Positions 10,558 through 21,891 of a DNA stretch of 38,818 nt are shown here, piece after piece. The position numbers and the translations under genes were made by a program. Origin of the DNA: Octopus bimaculoides. Lineage: Eukaryota. A model generated the notes under the pieces. It was not told where the DNA came from. It saw only the letters and a list, made by a program, of their open reading frames with translations, and did no database searches. The stretch covers positions 69,441,327 through 69,480,144 of the forward strand of contig NC_068986.1 in assembly GCF_001194135.2 (NCBI RefSeq), read 5' to 3'. Each line of letters starts with the position of its first letter. Position 1 is the first letter of the stretch.

Positions 10558-11603
10558 TTAATATTGATAAAATTGTAATGCTGGAATAAATACTGTAGTA
10601 CATTTAATTTCATTTCACCGCGTTCCGTAACGAGATCTTGTCGATAAAATAATTATTATACGTTAAGATCAGTTAATCTCATCAGCCTCCGTGGAGAATT
10701 TAGCTTTCTATCTTAGATGAAATAAATATCATTATGAAAGTAGACAGGTGCAGAAGGTAGAGAACTACACTTTTGCAGAAATATATTTGGAGACGGAATA
10801 TCGTCTTCGTTGACCTTGCAGTTCATGATATCCAGCTTCCATCAAATCAGTGCCTGTAATACACTGGTCAAACGAAATAACTATTCACGCTCCTCTAAAT
10901 AAAAAAAAAATTGTCTTGTGTTATAATCAAAAGAAACGCGCCGCCTTCGTCTTCACCATCATGTTCAACGCTACCAACAAAAACATCGGCATTATTGCTA
11001 CTGTATTTTCATTTTCTTTCATATTTTTTTTTATTTTGTAAAATAAATAAGAAATATTTTGAACACTTTTCTGGCGACATTAACTAGAAGAATTAATCAA
11101 GCATTAAATAGCTTCTTTTAAATTCAGTTCGCTTATTTAATGACATGATAGACACACAAAAACACTACATACTAACACACTCGCTCACTCACGCATAGAT
11201 TAAAAGCGTAACTATTCATACACAAGCAATTACTCCATACTAAACTTATATATACCGAAACACATTTTCTTTCTCTCTCCAGCATATACATACTTTTTTA
11301 AATTTAAAGATTTTCTACGTAGAAATTTCACATATATGCATGCATCATATTTAAACTCCCCTTGAAGCGTGTTTCGAACACTTTTATCTTTTTTAAGAAC
11401 ACAAACACATTATAAATACATAGACATAGTAGAGACATTTATAGAATGGTTAAATGTAATTGAAATAGACGTCTACATACGTATAACACATGACAGCGTA
11501 AACACATTCAAATGGTTTGCTCGTATATACATTCGACGAAAAATCAGTAAGAGTCATAACAGTGACATTCCCAGCAATAACAGCACCACCAACAACTAAT
11601 ATT

Positions 11604-11817
11604 TTTTTCAAATTTCGGCACAAGGCCAGTACGTTCGGGGGAGGGGAGCTAGTCAGTTACATCGACCCCAGTGCTCAACTGGTAGTTATTTTATCGACCC
11701 CGAAAGAATGAAAAGCAAAGCCAACCTCAGCGGAATTGAACTCAGAACGTAAAGCCAGGCAGAATACCGCTAAGCATTTTGCCTGGTACGATAACGATTC
11801 TGCCAGCTCGCCCCCTT
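11604..11817 (-). mobile_element. tRNA-derived SINE (main family), full length
   Basis: Contains TTATCGACCCCGAAAGAATGAAAAGCAAAG..GAACTCAGAACG and head CGATTCTGCCAGCTCGCCCCCTT. Confidence 0.93.
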
Positions 11818-11827
11818 AACAAATATT

Positions 11828-12042
11828 GGTTTCAAATTTTGCCACAAGGCCACCAATTTCGGGGGGAGGTGATAAGTCGATTACATTGATTCCAGTGTTT
11901 AACAAGTACTTATTTTATCGACCCCGGAAGGATGAAAAGCAAAGTCGACCTCAGCGGAATTTGAACTCAGAACGTAAAGACGGAGGAAACGCCAATAAGC
12001 ATTTTGCACGGCATGCTTACAATTCTGCCAGCTCGCCGACTT
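11828..12042 (-). mobile_element. tRNA-derived SINE (main family), full length, tandem to the previous copy
   Basis: Contains AAAGTCGACCTCAGCGGAATTTGAACTCAGAACG and head AATTCTGCCAGCTCGCCGACTT. Confidence 0.93.
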
Positions 12043-13070
12043 AGCAACAACTAATATTACTAACAAAAAATCTTTACGTGATCTCATGACCTGCAAGAAA
12101 TACCAGCAAAGTCCTCTTCAAATATCATCTTACCGTCTTTGAAAAGAACATAGTGTAAGCCGGAATAATTTATGCTTGAAAATAATCGGAAAGGTCATGG
12201 TTGGACTATCTTTGGTCATCGGTCATGGGTCATAATTGATCTGGGACTAGACGACAAAGTAACAATAGCGATAATAACAACAGCAACAATATCGCAGCTC
12301 AATGATTGCCACAAAGAAATTCAAGAACGGCAACAGCAACAAAACAAACAAAGAATAAGAGGAAAAATTAATCGATAGTAAGAATTCGCTAACTTTATTT
12401 GTAGGACCACTTCGAATTACTATCGATTCTTGAGATAACTTTCAAGATTTTATGGCATTAAAACTTCTTTGATCTTAACATGAGAAAAAGATAATATTTA
12501 ACTCAACCAAGTAGAAACCCTTTTGATTGTTTACTGACCGCATAAGCTACGGCAAGTTAAATTTGAAGAAGCCTCTTGCCACTAATAATTTTAGATGAAT
12601 AAATTGACAATAATTTATATAAAAAACAAACAAGGAATTGTAAAACAGTATAGGTATTATGTTTCATTGAATAAATACATTTATAATCAATTCTGTGATT
12701 CATGGTACGGTTCTTTGTTTATTTTTGATGAGCGTGGAATATTCATATGCATGACGTAGATATGAATGCATATTTTAACTTATATATTACATCTTAAAGG
12801 AAAATATTTATGTATATGAAAGAAAATCTGTTGAGATATGAGAAGACACTAGCATAATCGACTCATGAGATTCTGTCAAAAAAGAATGTATTTCACGCCT
12901 TTCCCCAGTTGTTGTAGCCACTGCAAGAGAGAATGCTGTCAGTGTCCACTCGTCTTTGTCAATTTTCTTTCATGGGCATAGATATATATTTTTTAAGGAT
13001 ATAATATATATTCTTTTTCTACTATTTTTTCATTGGGTGATAAATCGAAATCTCTTAGTGCTGACACAAA

Positions 13071-13455
13071 TTCCGTGGCACTCCGTCGGTTACGATGACG
13101 AGAGTTCCAATTGATCGGATCAACGGAACAGCCTGCCCGTGAAATTAACGTGTAAGTGGCTGAGCACTCCACAGACACGCGTACCCTTAACGTAGTTCTC
13201 GGGGATATTCAGCGTGACACAGAGTGTGACAAGGCTGGCCTTTTGAAATACAGGTACAACAGAAGCAGGAAGAAGGAGTGAGAGAAAGTTATGATGAAAG
13301 AGTACAGCAGGATTCACCACCACCCTCTGCCGAAGCCTCGTGGAGCTTTAGGTGCTTTCACTCAATAAATACTCACAACGCCCAGTCTGGGAATCGAAAC
13401 CGCGATCCCACGAGTGCGAGTCCGCTGCCCTAACCACTTGGTCATTGTGCCTCTA
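13071..13455 (-). mobile_element. tRNA-derived SINE, second family (~385 bp)
   Basis: Minus-strand head TAGAGGCACAATGACCAAGTGGTTAGGGCAGCGGACTCG..GGTTTCGATTCCCAG has clear Pol III A and B boxes, followed by a non-tRNA body. GC content is raised relative to the flanks. Confidence 0.85.
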
Positions 13456-13583
13456 CCCTGACAGAAATACAGATATATTACATACCGTATAACATAACCC
13501 TTGATTTATTAAAATTATATCCGTATTACTTATGATATTCTTGTATCTGTCTATTTTTCTAATACTTGTCATTGGACTCTCAG

Positions 13584-13815
13584 AGTTTTAACAAATGTTG
13601 TATTAGTCTATTATCTTTACATAATATAGTGGAATGCAATTAAAAGCTAGACAAGTACGTATCATAAAACAAACATAAATCCACGAATGGTTGTGGGGTT
13701 AAGAAGTTTGCTTAGCAATCACGCGGTCCCGGATTCCATCAAACTAAAGATCACCCTGGGTAAGAATCTTCTACAACAGTCACAAATTGATCAATACATT
13801 GTGAGTTGAATTAAA
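13584..13815 (+). repeat. 232-bp near-identical direct repeat, copy 1
   Basis: Matches 14351-14582 with 2 substitutions. Confidence 0.95.
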
Positions 13816-13838
13816 CGGAAACTCTAGCGATGCCTGCC
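13687..13838 (+). mobile_element. Old tRNA/CORE-type SINE, third family, diverged
   Basis: TGGTTGTGGGGTTAAGAAGTTTGC..CACCCTGGGTAAG..CTTCTAC resembles tRNA-head plus CORE-like SINEs. Recognised from memory of such families only. Confidence 0.5.
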
Positions 13839-14350
13839 AGTTTATGTTTTCATTTCTCATTGTGTTTAACGTTTTTTATGATGTCCTGTACCCATATATG
13901 CATGTATATATACATATATATTGTAGGTATGTACATATATGTACATACCTCGTTTCGTACATAATTAAGTCTCTTGCATACTGAAGATAAGGTAGGGCGT
14001 TTGGCACAATGATTACACATATTGGCGAAGAAATACGTGTCCACTACGGTCTTCTTAGCCTATCCTTTTCCTTTATGGCATGTGAACTTTGGAAAATTCT
14101 TGATTCTTGAAATTATCTCCCCTTTTCATATATGAAGCTGGTCTTAATTGCCATTTGGTAATTATGACACATCATCTAGATGTGCAAAGGGGGAAATAAT
14201 TTTAATATATTAAAAAATTAGATTCTATGGTATTTGATATGCTAGTATTTCTCTCTCTCTCTCTTTCTCTCATTCACGCTCGCACACACACACACATATG
14301 CATAAATATCTATTAGGCAATGAGCACAAAGAGATAACAATGAAAAGACA

Positions 14351-14582
14351 AGTTTTAACAAATGTTGTATTAGTCTATTATCTTTACATAATATAGTGGA
14401 ATGCAATTAAAAGCTAGACAAGTACGTATCATAAAACAAACATAAATCCACGAATGGCTGTGGGGTTAAGAAGTTTGCTTAGCAATCACGCGGTCCCGGA
14501 TTCCATCAAACTAAATATCACCCTGGGTAAGAATCTTCTACAACAGTCACAAATTGATCAATACATTGTGAGTTGAATTAAA
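14351..14582 (+). repeat. 232-bp near-identical direct repeat, copy 2, ending at an N gap
   Basis: Matches 13584-13815 and abuts gap 14583-14592. Confidence 0.95.
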
Positions 14583-14592
14583 NNNNNNNNNN

Positions 14593-14623
<31 letters not shown>

Positions 14624-14775
14624 TATGGCCTGTGTATGCGTGCTTGTGCGTATGTGTGCCGTGTGTACATGCGTGTGTGGCTATATGTGTGTGTTTGCGT
14701 GTGTTTGCGTGTGTGTGCGTATGTATGTGTGTGTTTGTGTGAGTGTGTATCTGCGCGCGCGTCTGCGTGCTCCCG
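14593..14775. repeat. (AT)n followed by a degenerate (GT/GC)n alternating purine-pyrimidine tract
   Basis: Read directly from the sequence. Confidence 0.9.
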
Positions 14776-16130
14776 CGCATTTGATATTTTATTTATATTA
14801 CAGCATTATTATTATTCACTTTGTTCATAATGTACAAGTACGTTTGTATTCATCTTTATTTTATATATTTTATTCAATTTTAGGAAAATTGAAGCATGTC
14901 ATTAACAATTCCGGACGTATTGAATTTATATTGTGCATGACTTTTGACCCATCCTGAATTTTCCACATCTTCGCCCTGTATGGGCAAAGGATATAAACAC
15001 TGGCGAAAATAGCGAATAGCTTTTTAACAGAAACTCCTTTGTCAGTCTCACCGCCTCAGGAAGATTGTGAACCAGCAGAACTCTGTTAGAAATCTGTAAT
15101 CAATGATGTTATTATTTACATACTGTGATATAAAAGAAAACATAACAGAAAGGTAATCGAAAGATATTTAGGTCTTTAAAAATTGTATTCAATGGTAACC
15201 AATGACTAATAACCAAAATCTAGTAGAAATATATCAGTTTTTTTACATTGGACAATTTTACGAGAGAGAAGTCTGTATTATTGCTAAATACTTAATTGCA
15301 GAGGAATGTAAAGACTAACCCCTTTTTTAAAGTTTAAATCCAAATAAGTAGGCAAGAAGTCTGAGTTATAACAATATTATCATGATAGTACATTATAATA
15401 TCATGATACTATAAAATATAGTTGGAACTCATTCACAGTTCTAGCTGGTTTTTTTGTGTTAATATGGGGTTGAAAGTCACTTACAAAAAAAGCAAGAGTT
15501 GAGAAAAATTGCATATCTTCCGTCTGGGCATAAGGTCAACTTCTTTCTGTAGCGTTACAATCGATTAAACCAGTCTTAATAATATATTGATAATTATTTT
15601 ATCGATCACGCGAAAGATAAAGAATCAACACATGTTATTTGATCTAATAAATAATGACCATAAACAAAGTTAAAATAAACCAAAACATCTAGCTCAATGC
15701 TTTACTATTTATGTAAGTTGAATGCTATTATGTATATTTAATTTATGCTTTATATCGTATATTGTGAATAATAGTAGTTAGAGTTTCCCAACTGGTCAAT
15801 CACAGTTCACTGCTTTTACGATGATGAGAATCACAAGGGACGTGTTGTGTAACTAAGACTGAACAAGACCAGTAGGGTTTTACGATTTACTCGCCAACGT
15901 TTGTATCTTTCGCTGATATACATCTCGGGAAGATGCGCACAAGCGCGAACACACACACACACAAGAAAAAACATATAGTTCTGCAAGCTGTATCTCTTCT
16001 TTCTTCATGTCTTTCTGAAAAATTTCTTCAGACTTCATACTGATTCTCACCAACAAATTTTGAGAAGGTAAATGATGATGATGATGATAATAATAATAAT
16101 GATGATAATAATAATAATAGTAATAATAAT

Positions 16131-16331
16131 CCTTTCTACTAAACGCACAAAGCCTAAAATTTGGGGGGAGAGCTAGTCGATTATATCGACCTCAGTGCGT
16201 AACTGGTACTTATTTCATCGACCCCGAAAGAATGAAAGGCAAAGTTGGAATTTGAACTCAGAACGTAGCGACGGGCGAAATACCGCTGAGAATTTCGTCC
16301 AGCGTGCTAACAATTCTGCCAGCTCGCCGCC

Positions 16332-16333
<2 letters not shown>
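16131..16333 (-). mobile_element. tRNA-derived SINE (main family) embedded in (AAT)n
   Basis: Runs from CCTTTCTAC to CAATTCTGCCAGCTCGCCGCCTT. Flanked by (AAT)n at 16086-16130 and (TAA)n at 16333-16432. Confidence 0.93.
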
Positions 16334-16413
<80 letters not shown>

Positions 16414-16454
16414 CAATAATAATAATAATAATGATTACTATCATTATCATTATT

Positions 16455-17009
16455 GAGTGAGAGAGCAGTCCTTGCCATCAAAGTGACACTGGGGTAAAAT
16501 ATACGAAGCCCATTATACCCATCATGACTACCCGTCTGATAAGGGCACACGAGGCACATGCATCACAACCATATGTGCGCGACATGGAGATCTCATATGA
16601 AGATAAACAGCGCATGACCACGCAGGTGGGGCCCAGTTAGAATTCTCTTCAGGTCGAGTAGCCCATTCCGCTCAAAAGGTCCCTGAATAAGGTTTGTTTA
16701 AGGATGTTGAGCAAAACACCCATGTTTCCAAAGGTGAATTATTCAAACCCCAAAGAATTCCTCTCAGCACATGTCTATGATGCTCCCCCACTTCTTCTGC
16801 TCATGATCAGAGATGCACATATCGTCAAACACTAAGGGTCATGCTCAACTGGTTAAGGTCAAGCAACTGACAAGCAAATCTGTGGTATTAAGCAGAATAT
16901 TTGCTGTAGCCCATCTTTTATACCAAGACAAAACAATGTACATGATAACACTTCCAATCAATTAAGATCAGAAGCCATGAGAGCCACTGCTTGGTACTGC
17001 ATCTGGGCA

Positions 17010-17010
<1 letters not shown>
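16455..17010 (-). mobile_element. ~555-bp non-coding interspersed element bounded by (AAT)n on both sides (LINE 3'-UTR-derived or non-autonomous retroelement)
   Basis: GC-richer block with sharp edges. In minus orientation it is preceded by (AAT)n (plus-strand (TTA)n 17011-17093) and followed by an AAT-type tail. No ORF. Confidence 0.6.
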
Positions 17011-17087
<77 letters not shown>

Positions 17088-17093
17088 ATTATT
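17011..17093. repeat. (TTA)n microsatellite
   Basis: Read directly from the sequence. Confidence 0.98.
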
Positions 17094-17380
17094 TAAGAAT
17101 CATCCCTGGATTACCATCCATGCAGGAATTGCAAAAAAGACTGGGATCTTTTCCTTTTGATGGGCAGTTCGATTAATTAAGTTTCAAACTAAACACTTTG
17201 AAACTTCGTATACTGGTAGAATGTGTCATATAGAACATCTTTTACTCTTAGCATTGTTGAGAAAAGTTTCTATTTTCGAAGTTATTTCGTGTTAAAGTTG
17301 TTGTATTTCGGTAATTTTAACCAATCAATGACGTGTTCAGCTGAATAAAATTACTGTTGTTGTTTGTCAACAACAACTAT

Positions 17381-19292
17381 CAGATCTTGTCTGGAAAACA
17401 AACAGGTCTGGAAAACAAACAAGTCAGGATGCACAAGATGCAAATCTTCCCTTGGGGAAAGATACTTAGTCAAAGAGAAACGATTTGGAACAACAATAAA
17501 AGAGTTGGAGCAGCGTATCCTAGTAGTAGCAGGCAAGCTCTCCAGTTATCAGAAAAGGATAGCTCACTATCAACAGAACAGATTATTTGAGACAAACCAG
17601 AGGAGATTTTATAACCAAATAGTGGAGAACGAAGTACTGAAGATGCTAAACCTAATGCAGAGGAAGCTAGAAAGTTCTGGAGTAATATTTAAGATAAACC
17701 AGTCAAGCATAATGGAGATGTTGTATGGTAAAGAAAGTGAAGGAAGAAGTGGTGAGTGAGAAGTAGATATAGATTAACTAGTGCATTAATGTATAAAGTG
17801 TTAGGAAAAGTGTCGAATTAGAAGGGCCCAGGACCAGAGTTAGTTCAAGGTTACGGGTTAAAGAAATTCAGTAGTTTACACGGGAGGCTGAGGGAACAAT
17901 TTCAGGATTGCCTTAATCTAGTCATCCAGATTATTATGAAGGATAATAACAAGGGTAATACGCTTAGCAATTATAGGCCAAGCACCTACTTACCATTAGT
18001 GTGGAAGCTGTTAACAGGAAAGCTTTCAGAAACCATTTACGAGAACCTTGACAACCAGAATTTACTACCAAAAAAAAAAAATAATAAATAACAAAAAAAA
18101 AACAGAAAGGTTACAGGAACAAGGCTAGAGTAGCACATGATCTATTATATAGAGACAAAGCAGTTCTAAATGAAGTTAAAGCTAGAAAAAAATCTAACAA
18201 TAGCATGGATAGATTATAGGAAAGCCTATGTTATGATACCACACTCATGGATAAGTGAATGTTTGAGTATATTCAGTATAGCAGACAACATACGAGAATT
18301 AATTAGCTTTAGCATGAAGAAATGGAAAGTAGATCACTACTCAGATGATACACTCTTAGGGAAAGTTAATATCAAAAGATGACTTTTCCAGGGGTACTCG
18401 TTGTCCCCTTTAATATTTGTCTTATGTTTGATTCCCCTCAGATTAGTATTGGAGAAGGCAAAAGCAGGATATCAGTTCAGAAATAGTAATGGAAAAATTA
18501 ACCATTTGCTCTACATGCATCATCTGAAACATTTTAGTAAGAATGAAAAGAGATAGATTCCTTAATAAAGACTGTAAGACTCTTCAGCAAAGATAAACGC
18601 ATGGAATTTGGCATAGATAAGTGTGCAATATTAGTCATGAGAAGGAGACAGGTAGTCAACAGTGAAGGTATCAAATTACCAGATGGCCAGACATTAAAAT
18701 CATTGAAAGGAGGAGAAGGTTATGAATAGGAGTATTAGAATCTGACAGAGTACTAACTACAGAAATGAAAACGAAAATTGAGAAGGAATACATCAGAAGG
18801 GTGAGGAAGTTAATGAAGTCAAAGCTAAATGGTCCGAATCTAGTGAAGACTGTAAATATTTGTGCGGTATCATTACTGGATACTTATCCGATTAGTAGAT
18901 TGGACAAAAATTGAATTAGCAAAGCTAGACAAAAGAACTGAGAAGCAATTCAATATGAATGGAGGACTCCACCCAAGGGCTGGAGTAGCAAGATTACACC
19001 TGCCTAGAAAGGAAGGTGGAAGAGGGATAATATCAGTAGAAGACTGCGTAGCGTTAGCTAGAGTAGATATAGACTCCTATGTAGATAATAGTGAAGAAAG
19101 TTTATTAAAAGCTGCTAGAGTCACAGCAAGACAGGGAAACCAAAACACCAAACGAAGTTAAAAGCCAAAAAAAAGAACAAAAATTACCTCACTGGCAAGA
19201 GAAGGCGTTGCATGTTAGATTCCAAGCATAGTTGCAGCAAATAGTAGTAGTGAGTCATGGTTATGGCTGCAGAAAAGAAAGCTGAAGAGAGA

Positions 19293-19342
<50 letters not shown>

Positions 19343-20069
19343 GTTTGTTAACAGCTGCATAAGATCAAGCATTAAGGAGTAATTGGATAAAAGCCAAGGT
19401 AAACAAAAACTAAGTAGATTCTCAATCTAGATTATGCACAATGTTACTCATATAGTAACGTTATTCATATAGTTAGCGGCTAGCATGCTGGCAAAGAAAG
19501 AATACGAGAAAAGACATGACAATCTAGGGAGAGCAATCCACTGGGAGCTATGTAGAAAGCTAGGATTTGAACATGCTGATAAATGGTATGAACATGTACC
19601 TAGTAAAGTACTAAAATTAAGAAATACAAGATGTTGTGAGACTTTAACATTCAGACTGATAGAGTAGAAGCTAGAAGGCCTGATTTGGTAGTAGTATTAG
19701 TAGTAGTCGTAGATAAAGAGAATAGAAAGTGCCAGATAATTGACTTTACAGGCCGAAATAATGAAAAAACTAATACAAGAAATATAGAAAAATAGCAAAG
19801 TACCAGGACCTAGCTATTGAATTACAGAGACTATGAAAAGTTTGGGTAAAATGTATCCCAGTAGTTATAGGTGCATTGGGAACTATCCCTAAAGATCTGA
19901 ACAGATGGATACAGGAAATAGGCATAAGATCTAGTTTAGTACAGCTGCAGAAAACAGTGTTATTATGGACAGCTAGGATACTTAGGAGGGTTCTTGGCAT
20001 CTAAGGCTACATGTTGTATCCCGATGTTAGGACTCTTTTCTTTTCCAACAGTCTTAACTGTTGAGTGTA
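17381..20069 (+). mobile_element. Decayed 5'-truncated R4/Dong-clade non-LTR retrotransposon (RT + CCHC + restriction-like endonuclease)
   Basis: Motifs appear in the expected order across frameshifts: QQNRLFETNQRRFY; KGPGPELVQGYGLKKF; NYRP..WKLLTG; AWIDYRKAY..PHSWI; FQGYSLSPL; KINHLLYMHHLK (YMDD position); GLHPRAGVARLHLPRKEGGRG; YEKRHD..IHWELC; RRPDLVV..IIDF; KYQDLAIELQRL..IPVVIGALGTIPK; LRRVLGI* (TAA 20002-20004). A short 3' UTR and an (AAT)n tail follow. Confidence 0.92.
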
Positions 20070-20088
20070 TAATAATAATAATATCAAC

Positions 20089-20140
<52 letters not shown>
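20070..20140. repeat. (TAA)n tail/target microsatellite of the LINE
   Basis: Directly follows the LINE 3' UTR. Confidence 0.97.
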
Positions 20141-20313
20141 TGCCAACACTATGGAATAACAACAGAAAAAAGATGGTATGGGCATACGCCAGAAAAGGTC
20201 ACAGAAAATTAGAAAGCAACAATACTATGGGATATACCAATACACACACATAGAGAAATTAAGACCAATACGTCAGATATAGTTGTCAGAGATCATGAAG
20301 AAAACAAAAATGC
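20141..20313 (+). mobile_element. Fragment of a second R4/Dong-type family (endonuclease region)
   Basis: CQHYGITTEKRWYGHTPEKVTEN*KATILWDIPIHTHREIKTNTSDIVVRDHEENK parallels the WYEHVP..WD..RPD segment at about 19560-19700, but with a clearly different sequence. Confidence 0.8.
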
Positions 20314-20399
20314 GTAATCAATATTATGTATTTTGTCTCGGCGCCTTCTACCGAGTATAGCTGTGGTATTACTCTGAGTCATTCGCGATGTCATTAGAA

Positions 20400-21420
20400 T
20401 TTATAAGTACTTTTGACATTCCCCTCTCTTCTTCATCAACCCTCTTTGACCGTTCTGCCGCAGTGCAACACAAAAATCACTGTTAAACATGGGTCTACAT
20501 CATGTCTAATGTTTCTTATTGTGTTACATGTTTCTTTGATCCAGTTGCAGGGACACAAATTTATTGTCAAAATTATACCTGACAATTACAATTTGTGTTT
20601 GACTGTATTTTCAGTGGCGATTCTACAGTAAACAATGCTATAGTGTTCGCCTTTTTTTAGTTGAGATAATTTCTTTTGATATGTTTTAGAGGACTTGTTG
20701 AACTACTTAGCCTAGGAAAATTTAATCCGCTTCTGTTATTTTCGCAAGCAACGATATATATTTTTTCTCTTTGCGCACTTCTAGATTTATTATTCTTGAC
20801 AAATATAGCTGTTGGATCTTACAAAATTCCCTTATCCACATTTTATCCCGTATAATTATTTTAGGTGTAAAAATTTGGTCTGTTTATTAAGTGTGGAAGG
20901 AAATTTTCTTTTCACGCGGCCGCTATATAAACGGGCTACAATATTTGACTTCGTAAAAGAGTTTCTTCTGTTCTTGCTGTTCTTGTTTGGGTATTGCGGT
21001 CTTCCAAATTACTTACTCAACAATTTTGTTCATTTTCTCTCATTAAATGTTCTCTAGAACATTCAGTTGTGTGTTTTGATATAGTGTCGTTTTTTAGCCA
21101 TTTTTGTGCCTTATGGTGTAGCACAAACTATGTGTATGCGATTTTCGTACCAAGTCATTGGCCGACTTCATGTTACAGTACAAGTCCCATGCTCAATGTG
21201 CTGTATAGTATATCGAACCCAGTACTACAATGTTACAAAATGAAATTCTTGATTGCATATTTATGCTTTCGCCCTATACATACAGAAGAAATCAGACAAT
21301 ATTTTTTCTTCACTCTTTGGTGATGCATGAGACAGGAGAGTTCATGGAAAAGTTTGAGTTTACTAAGCATGAGGAATTAAGAATCTAACGTTTCGGGATA
21401 TTTCTCTTCATCCAAAAAAG
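20400..21420 (-). pseudogene. Possible very old Penelope-like element remnant
   Basis: Minus-strand peptides MYRAKA*ICNQEF, PQYPNKNSKNRR and NTNCNCQ loosely recall post-RT PLE motifs. An eroded hammerhead-like motif lies at 21381-21420. Weak. Confidence 0.25.
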
Positions 21421-21891
21421 TAAGTACATGAAATAGTTGCATTATTAAGTAAAACTAATAGATTGTGATATATGAATGCTAATCACTTATATTTATCAAT
21501 TTTTCATATTTACTTCTGAAGACAAACTATTAATATGCCTGTAAACCACAAAGTTGGGGAATGCGATTACAAAATAAATTCGCATTTTTAAATGGTATGG
21601 TCTATATCAGAAATTACATGATACAGTTGCAGATCGAAATCAGAAACTCATCACGCCAAGAACGTACCTTTGCCCATTCATGATATGAGAGAATTATTCA
21701 CTTGCTTTTCGTGTTGCTTCGTTCTGGCATTCCAAATCGTAGAAACACAATGAATGAGAGCGTCTTTCTTTAAACAAAAGATAATGTGGAACAAGACAGA
21801 AAGACAAGGACGGAGTGAGTGCGTGTCAGTAACAGGAAGAGGGTGAAGCATTGTTTCTTTTACATATTTGTGTGTGTGTGTTTATATATAT

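Noticed and set aside
3710-12058. Regularly recurring GTCGAC..GAACTCAG repeats suggesting a CRISPR-like array
   Set aside because: They are dispersed ~210-bp SINE copies in both orientations, with no repeat-spacer periodicity and no cas genes.
13380-13455. tRNA-like sequence
   Set aside because: It has A/B boxes but no complete cloverleaf, and it continues into a repeat body, so it is a SINE head rather than a tRNA gene.
17146-17380. Possible half of a MITE ending in the palindrome TTGTTGTTTGTCAACAACAA
   Set aside because: No partner terminal inverted repeat or TSD is visible in the window, so it cannot be supported from the sequence alone.
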